From positions 1 through 64,000 of the IMG/VR virus record IMGVR_UViG_3300040751_002080: 64,000 nt of DNA; one strand, given 5' to 3'. This document shows, piece by piece, positions 57,516 through 64,000 of this stretch. The position numbers and the translations under genes are program-made. The DNA is from a virus. Taxonomy: Duplodnaviria > Caudoviricetes. The first letter of the stretch is position 1. Each line of letters begins with the position of its first letter. Under the pieces are notes generated by a model. That model saw nothing but the letters and a program-made list of their open reading frames with translations, did no database searches and was not told the origin of the DNA.

Positions 57516-58117
57516 TAAGTATTACCTCCTGAAAGACTTTGTACTCTTACAGTATAATCAATCTGTATTAATCTGTTGAGTGATTTTTGTACCGGATGGA
57601 AAATCACGTGAGTAAGAAGTCTTCCTGTTCCGCTTGCTGAATAACCTACTAAACCAAGTTCATCAAATACAAACTGTTGTTCTGTATTGGCCGCAGTATC
57701 AAATGCATCCTGTCCTTCTGGTTCGCCGTAGTCTAACAAACAACTTACAACAATATCAGTATAGTTTGTACCAGTAACGTGACGTGTTTCTATTTTGTTT
57801 CGTTGTGGATCAACATTGTTTACACTGCGATCGTCTACCACTTTTGCATATGTTTGATTGTACAAACTAGCATTTGTACCAGTACTGTTTGGCGTTAAGT
57901 ATGTAATAATACCTGTTGGGTCAACACTAGTGCCACCGTTGCCAAATGCCATTTGATATATATAACCTGAACCGGCATTGCCGAGGCTTTCTGCAAGGCT
58001 AATACTCATATTTTCATAATGAATAGCATTGCGCTTGTTAACAAATACATGCCCACTTTCTGGATTGTGTATTTTTATGTGTCCTTCGAGGTGTACACCG
58101 CTTTGTTCGTTAATCAT
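57515..58117 (-). CDS. Putative baseplate/tail structural protein
   Basis: GHIKI..NAI, MAFGNGG, FDELGL, HPVQKS. Located in the tail module. Confidence 0.55.
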   Translation of the reverse strand: MINEQSGVHLEGHIKIHNPESGHVFVNKRNAIHYENMSISLAESLGNAGSGYIYQMAFGNGGTSVDPTGIITYLTPNSTGTNASLYNQTYAKVVDDRSVNNVDPQRNKIETRHVTGTNYTDIVVSCLLDYGEPEGQDAFDTAANTEQQFVFDELGLVGYSASGTGRLLTHVIFHPVQKSLNRLIQIDYTVRVQSLSGGNT

Positions 58118-58140
58118 GTTTCCATTCCGTTCCTATAATG

Positions 58141-58147
58141 TATTTAT
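58141..58147 (-). promoter_or_regulatory. Possible late promoter (GATAAATA)
   Basis: Overlaps the upstream stop codon, just upstream of AGGAA and the 58117 start. Confidence 0.4.
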
Positions 58148-61100
58148 CGGGGTAGCGATATTGTTTTGTCTGTTATAAATTTAGCTATTTGATTTGTACT
58201 ATTTGCTAGGGATTTTCCTGTATCGTTCCATATTTTTCCTGTTCTGCGAACAACTTCAATGAATATTCCATCTGCAGGAGCATCGATATAATCTGCAAGT
58301 GTTAACACTGTGATTGTACTACCGTCGACTGTTATTATATTTTCAATAGTATACTCTGGATCTATTGTTACATCTGCTTCAGGCGAATCTTGATCTACTG
58401 TTTTGTCAAATGTTACAATATTATCTTTGCGCAACCTAGTGCCGGCTAAAAATACATCAATCTCGTTTACACTAGTTGGAATAAAATCAAGTATAAACTC
58501 TTTGGTACTAGAATCACCAATAAACATAGTTTTAGCTGTTTCGTCTTTATAAGGAATATTTTCTTCTATACCTTGTCCTTGTACTTTTGTTGCAACTGGA
58601 TATTGCTCTTTTATACCTGTTCCTAGCGTTCCTCTTCTTAGTTGTCTAAGTAGATTGCCGTCAACACTAAAGTATTCGATGCGTTCTTTGTCAATCCAAA
58701 CAACTCCCGGAGTGCCAAGTGCTTTATTTGGTTCTTGTATTCCTGTGCTGTCAACTAACTGAATAGATAAATCATAATAGTTTAATGGTTGTTGCAACTT
58801 ATACTCGTTATCTTTGTTTAAACGCTTGAAGTGGAATCTGTTTAACATATCTTTAAAGATACGATATCCAAACTTAGGATCGCTTGTTAATGCGGTAAAC
58901 TGCAATACTTCAACTTTGTCATTTGATGTAACTTTGTTGTAAAGTTGAACGCCAGATCCACTTGCATCAAGTGAGTAATCGTTTTGTGGAGAAAGTAATA
59001 TTCCGTTTTTAAATACCCAAACATAGTTTGCACTTAATGCAGGTTTTTCAAGTTTGATAAATCCTCTACTCAACAAGTTTTTATCAATATAAAACTGTGT
59101 TCCTGCTGGTGCTTGATTTGTATTCCAAACAATATCATACGAGTTTCTTTCAAATCCGTTTATATCATGGTTACTGAATACATAGATATCAACTGTTTCC
59201 CAATCAGCAGGTGCTTCTGTTAGTGATAATACATCAGTTTCAATAAGTTTAATATCACCAATGATTGCCTTTGTGCTATCGTTTTCCCAACTTGCTACAA
59301 TCTCTGGTGTATCATCAATACTTTTTAGCTGGAATAGTTCTCTAATATATCCTTGAAGTTCTATTGTTAACGTCGAACCCGATCTGCTAAACTTTTCAAC
59401 ACAAGCAATAACTGTAGTACTATCATCAGATAATTCAAAACTTATATCTTGTCCAACTGCTGGATCATTAACTTCTGAACCATTTTGTATTTGTACTGTT
59501 GTGTTTAAAAAGTAATATTCTGCATCTCTGATAATAAAGATTTCTAAAGTATCTCCAATCAATCCTACATTGTTGTTGAGAAGTTGTACTCTGCCATTTG
59601 CAGTGTCATAATAATAATCAAGTACATCGACAATAGAACCATTAATATATAATACAACGTCAGTGTTTCTAACTGCTGTTGTATCTTCAAACTGCCATCT
59701 ATCAATGTCGTAAGCACGGTTGCTATCTATTGTATATTTTTTTCTATAACCTGCATTTAAGAATCTACCATCACCACGTTTTACTAAAATATTGTGCGAT
59801 AAAGGTTTATCAATAACTGGTAGTGCAACATCATTTGTAAATCTATGAACTTTATTTGTACCATCGGTTACAAAAGTATTGTCGATTACCATTTGACTGT
59901 ATTGATTTACGCTGCCGTCATATATTGTATATCCAATGATTTTTCCAGCAGTTACTTTGATAGGAAACTCTAGTTGGGCATTACCAGTATCTGATTCTGT
60001 AAGTCCGTAATCTGTTGTATCGTTTTGTAATACGCCATTTATTGTTACAAACGAACTCAATCCAGACTTCCATGTGATTGGCAGGTTATATATAAACGTA
60101 TCACCAGTAGAAACAATATTATCACTATCGATTAAATCTACACCGTTGGTTCCTATTGTAAGTATTGAAAGATTTTTTCCTTCGTCTAATGCTGTACTAT
60201 CGTTTAAACTTATGAACTTGTTTTCATAGTCGACATTTAAATCGTCATTATCAATAATGTCGCCGTCAACTTTTACAACCAATGTAGTGTTTGTTTGTGG
60301 AAAGTTGTCAAACTCCCATTCAATAGTTGTACCATCTGTGATATAGTTTCTAACACTAATAACACCCTGGCCGTCTACACTTCTATTATAAACTTGTATG
60401 TCTACAGTATCAAGCACCTGTCCTGGTACTTGCTCTTCTGGACCACCACTGGTAGTTTCTGTAACAAAGCCGTCGCCGTCAACAACTATGTCGCCAGAGT
60501 CGATACCTTTAGCAGTTGTGTATTCAAAGTTTCCACCTTGTAAACTTACATCGTATGCAGTTGATTCTGGAGTAAAGCTACCATCGCTTGTTGATTTTCT
60601 AATGATCACAACATCGCCGTCTTTGGTTTCAATAACATCGCTGTCTAAGAATACGGTATTTGTAATATTATCGCCTTGCGGTGACACCATTTTTGCATTT
60701 GGATTGGCTGTTACACTACTTCCATCGTAAAACGGGTCGTCTATTCTTACATTATTAAGATATACATTGTATGTTACACCCGATTCCAATACACTGCTCA
60801 ATGATATTATTTGAGTACTGCCATCTAATGTAATGATTTCATCTTCATAGTTAGTGTCAAACGTATCAAAATCAATACCATAAGAGTTTGCATCAAACCC
60901 AGTATTTTCGCCAAAGCCGATACTATCCATTTGAACGCCACCGTAGTCAACACCACTCATTAACTGACTTAGTTCTTTGCCTGGCATGTTTGTAGTAGGC
61001 TTGTAAAAGAAGTTTATTCTATCTTCAGCAGTTAACAGGTTGGATGATTTTTTATAGTTTATAACAACAGCAGCATTATTTGCAGGTGCAGTAGTAAATG

Positions 61101-63999
61101 TTATTTTACCACGATATCTATCAAATGTCTTGGTTGTATCAATAATATTTGATGCTACAAAATCACTTATTAGCTGTGGCTCCCCTGCTACAGTTATTGA
61201 TATATCTGCACTATTTGTACTCAGTGGCCATTTTAAACTAAACTCAGTTAAACCGCCATTACCGACAAATGTTTCTGTTTCATTTAATGTGGTAAAATAG
61301 TATGCACCAGCAACTCTATCAAACTTCATCAACATATGCGTGGATCTGATTACACTGTTTCCTATCTGTGCATAAACAACTGCATCAACCCCGTCTTCTG
61401 TTAAACTTCCGTTTATTGTTACGGTTGGAGTTGTAAAGTATTTTGCTCCAACTGTATCAACTTCAATGTACTGAATTGATCCACCACCTATATACGCAAG
61501 TCCTTCGAGTGTTGGACCACCTCCTCCGCTAACTGTTACATTTGCTGTGTCAGTATATCCACTGCCGCCATTGTAAACAACAAACTCTGTTATTTCAAAT
61601 CCAACATTGTCTAACCAATGTTTTTGTGGGTATGTAGTTGTGGTATCATTTGTTCCAACAAGACCATTGTTGAAGAACTTGATAGTTTCGCTGATAATCT
61701 GGCCACGTTCTGCATCGTAACGAGGCGGCAAATCAAAATCAGTAACACTAGTTTGTGTTGGTTCTGTTCTATTATACGAACTGATATATTCTCTTATTTT
61801 AGTACTATATGGTTTTACTTCTTCAATATAGTCTTGATAGTTAGGAAGATTATCGTTTTGATAAGTTACTTTTTGTGTAAGCTCACCAACATTGTGTTTT
61901 GCAACTACAAAACTAGATTTAAAAATCCAGTCTAAATCAACCTGCTCACTCATTGCATATCTAATGCTACTAAAGAACAGTTTGTTCCATTCAACTTCTA
62001 GTTGATCAACAAACAAGTTATCTCTTAGTGCATATAATATTATTTTTATTTCATCAGTTGGCTCACTGTCGTACAACGAAATGTCATAGATTATGTTATC
62101 AAATCCGACTGCATCATTTTGATACAATGTATTGCTAAACTCTACTGTGCCATTTTGTCTGCCTACAACTTTATAGTTAATAGTATAATCTACTTCTAGT
62201 TGATTGTCAATCTTTTCTAATAGTATCCAGCCGCCAGATCCGATATTTTCAATCTTAATAGTATTTCCTAGTTTATCGTCTAATCCGGCAAGTTCATAAC
62301 TACCATTTATAACAAAATCAATAGATGTAACTTCGCTGTATCCAGTTGCATACCAGTCAACATACTTCCAATATCTATTAACATCATAGCTTTGAATGTA
62401 GTTTCTAAACCATTCTTGTGTGGATGATATCCAGTTGTACACTGCCCACAATCCGCCTACTCCTGTATCAGTTGTTACAAGAACACTAAACGGACGTACA
62501 ATAAGTGTAGTATCACTTAAATAGTTTTTGCCGCCATTTACAACTTCAACTTCAATAACTTGTCCAAGATTGTTGATGTAGGTTTTTATTTCTGCGTCAA
62601 CACCCTTACCTTCTATAGTTACAGTTGGACCATGTCGCTTGCCAGATGTATAGTTACTGTCAATATACCCTCTGCCTGGTTCTGTAATAGTTGCGCCTGT
62701 AATAGTTCCGTCAACAATAATAGGTGTAAGAGTTGCTTGTTTAATTTTTGCAGTACCGACAAATCTCAACAAACTTTCTGTATCAATCTGTGTGTCCCAC
62801 TCATTGCTAAACTTGCTTGGTGCAGTCTCAGTTTGGAACAGCGGAGAAATATCAAAATCATCTACGATTGTATATTGTGATAATACTCCGTTTACTCTTT
62901 CAATAACTTGTTTTAGTGCTTCGGCTCTATTAACAAATATAGTTTGATTTGGATTATTTAAAATGCCATAACGTTGAGCAACACTGATATTTAAATCAGG
63001 CAAAACTTTTCCGTTTTTATCATACCCTGCTAAACTGTCAACCCACTTGTCAACAATGTCATTGTTTGGTTTGCTTGATGCTAACCCTTCGACAACCAAT
63101 GCATATTCACTATGAATGTTTTTGTTTTCTGCATTATCTTGAATATAATAATCTACGTGCAAGATAGTATCTTTGTCTTTTACTAGATTTTTTACATTGT
63201 GTAAGGCAAACTTTTTACCATCGAGTAATGTAATATGTCTGTAACCTTGACCTGAAGGATCTGCTATCAAGTTTGCAACATCAAACGAGCTGATCTTTCT
63301 GCCATATGTATCAGGCAATGTATTTTTATTTTTAACCCAGAAATAATACTTTGGTACAAAAACACTTGCTACACTATCGTACACTCTTGCTCTCACATAT
63401 GAATCATCGCTGTATAAAGTTTTTCCACTTATACTGCTGGCTAATCCTTCAGTAGTGTCTGCTATTTCATCCCATTCACTTGGTAATAAATCACTTTCAA
63501 CCCACTCGTACACATCTACACTAAATCCAGGAATAATCTGATTCCATGTATTGGATTTATATTGTATACTTCCTTGATATGGATTGTACCATTTTATAGC
63601 ATCAAGGTCCCACCATAGTTTTCCAACTTGCTGTTTACCCCAAAGATCTGCTACACCAGTGTCTCTAGTGCCAACATTATAAACTGCTGGATCATAATAA
63701 GTCTTATAACTAAGTTCTTGTTCTGCAGGGCCAGCAATCCTTCCTCTAATAGGGTCTATATAATCAAGGTATGTGATCAAATCATTTGTATTTGTATCAT
63801 ATAGCCACACACCTTTGATTTTATCAATATCAACATAGCTGTCGCCTTGGCTGTTGATATTCCAAGCGTTGGCATTTAAGTCTGTTCTATGATCCTGAAT
63901 CAGTCCTGTTTTGTCATCAACTACTGTTCCTATCGAAATAACATACAAATGGTTTCTATTTAATACACTCAATATATCAGATGAATCTGATATATCTAC
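58144..63999 (-). CDS. Very large virion structural protein (baseplate-wedge-like), N-terminus outside window
   Basis: >1940 aa, with the frame still open to the window end. G.GY repeats (PGRGY, GGKNY, GGSGY), Ig-like VxVNG units, YIEEVKPYSTKIR, LRRGTLGT. Confidence 0.75.
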   Translation of the reverse strand, partial: VDISDSSDILSVLNRNHLYVISIGTVVDDKTGLIQDHRTDLNANAWNINSQGDSYVDIDKIKGVWLYDTNTNDLITYLDYIDPIRGRIAGPAEQELSYKTYYDPAVYNVGTRDTGVADLWGKQQVGKLWWDLDAIKWYNPYQGSIQYKSNTWNQIIPGFSVDVYEWVESDLLPSEWDEIADTTEGLASSISGKTLYSDDSYVRARVYDSVASVFVPKYYFWVKNKNTLPDTYGRKISSFDVANLIADPSGQGYRHITLLDGKKFALHNVKNLVKDKDTILHVDYYIQDNAENKNIHSEYALVVEGLASSKPNNDIVDKWVDSLAGYDKNGKVLPDLNISVAQRYGILNNPNQTIFVNRAEALKQVIERVNGVLSQYTIVDDFDISPLFQTETAPSKFSNEWDTQIDTESLLRFVGTAKIKQATLTPIIVDGTITGATITEPGRGYIDSNYTSGKRHGPTVTIEGKGVDAEIKTYINNLGQVIEVEVVNGGKNYLSDTTLIVRPFSVLVTTDTGVGGLWAVYNWISSTQEWFRNYIQSYDVNRYWKYVDWYATGYSEVTSIDFVINGSYELAGLDDKLGNTIKIENIGSGGWILLEKIDNQLEVDYTINYKVVGRQNGTVEFSNTLYQNDAVGFDNIIYDISLYDSEPTDEIKIILYALRDNLFVDQLEVEWNKLFFSSIRYAMSEQVDLDWIFKSSFVVAKHNVGELTQKVTYQNDNLPNYQDYIEEVKPYSTKIREYISSYNRTEPTQTSVTDFDLPPRYDAERGQIISETIKFFNNGLVGTNDTTTTYPQKHWLDNVGFEITEFVVYNGGSGYTDTANVTVSGGGGPTLEGLAYIGGGSIQYIEVDTVGAKYFTTPTVTINGSLTEDGVDAVVYAQIGNSVIRSTHMLMKFDRVAGAYYFTTLNETETFVGNGGLTEFSLKWPLSTNSADISITVAGEPQLISDFVASNIIDTTKTFDRYRGKITFTTAPANNAAVVINYKKSSNLLTAEDRINFFYKPTTNMPGKELSQLMSGVDYGGVQMDSIGFGENTGFDANSYGIDFDTFDTNYEDEIITLDGSTQIISLSSVLESGVTYNVYLNNVRIDDPFYDGSSVTANPNAKMVSPQGDNITNTVFLDSDVIETKDGDVVIIRKSTSDGSFTPESTAYDVSLQGGNFEYTTAKGIDSGDIVVDGDGFVTETTSGGPEEQVPGQVLDTVDIQVYNRSVDGQGVISVRNYITDGTTIEWEFDNFPQTNTTLVVKVDGDIIDNDDLNVDYENKFISLNDSTALDEGKNLSILTIGTNGVDLIDSDNIVSTGDTFIYNLPITWKSGLSSFVTINGVLQNDTTDYGLTESDTGNAQLEFPIKVTAGKIIGYTIYDGSVNQYSQMVIDNTFVTDGTNKVHRFTNDVALPVIDKPLSHNILVKRGDGRFLNAGYRKKYTIDSNRAYDIDRWQFEDTTAVRNTDVVLYINGSIVDVLDYYYDTANGRVQLLNNNVGLIGDTLEIFIIRDAEYYFLNTTVQIQNGSEVNDPAVGQDISFELSDDSTTVIACVEKFSRSGSTLTIELQGYIRELFQLKSIDDTPEIVASWENDSTKAIIGDIKLIETDVLSLTEAPADWETVDIYVFSNHDINGFERNSYDIVWNTNQAPAGTQFYIDKNLLSRGFIKLEKPALSANYVWVFKNGILLSPQNDYSLDASGSGVQLYNKVTSNDKVEVLQFTALTSDPKFGYRIFKDMLNRFHFKRLNKDNEYKLQQPLNYYDLSIQLVDSTGIQEPNKALGTPGVVWIDKERIEYFSVDGNLLRQLRRGTLGTGIKEQYPVATKVQGQGIEENIPYKDETAKTMFIGDSSTKEFILDFIPTSVNEIDVFLAGTRLRKDNIVTFDKTVDQDSPEADVTIDPEYTIENIITVDGSTITVLTLADYIDAPADGIFIEVVRRTGKIWNDTGKSLANSTNQIAKFITDKTISLPR

Positions 64000-64000
64000 T

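Noticed and set aside
1-64000. Stop-codon reassignment as in some large phages
   Set aside because: Long ORFs tile the window in the standard code, and TAA, TGA and TAG all occur as genuine stops.
1-64000. CRISPR array, tRNA or rRNA genes, integrase, transposase, intron or intein
   Set aside because: Intergenic gaps are under about 80 bp. I saw no repeat-spacer pattern, cloverleaf or mobile-element motif by eye.

Overview
AT-rich (roughly one-third GC by eye), very densely packed segment of what looks like a large tailed dsDNA phage genome (myovirus/jumbo-phage style), read in the standard genetic code. The right end (about 49.9-64 kb, minus strand) is a virion module: a giant structural protein running off the window, three paralogous tail-fibre-like genes and two further paralogous structural genes. 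Directly downstream is an approximately 49-kb block made almost entirely of tailoring enzymes: 17 radical SAM proteins (3 cobalamin-binding type, 7 with an N-terminal twitch-like Cys module, 3 with a C-terminal SPASM/twitch module and a CGxxG/DEP loop, 4 of another subtype), 5 PP-loop ATPases (4 QueC-like), 5 2OG-Fe(II)/cupin oxygenase-like proteins, 4 glycosyltransferase-like proteins, 3 class I methyltransferases, a SET methyltransferase, 2 nitroreductases, 2 SDRs, 2 PLP enzymes, 2 SGNH proteins, an aldehyde dehydrogenase, 1-2 GNATs, an adenylating enzyme and a flavin-dependent halogenase. The window starts inside a subtilisin-like protease. Near-consensus sigma70 promoters (four apparently leaderless) and TAAATA late-type motifs are interleaved. 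I saw no tRNA, rRNA, CRISPR array or mobile element. The main candidate novel system is this phage-encoded radical-SAM/glycosyltransferase modification cluster of unknown product. All family calls come from motifs read by eye, not from database searches.
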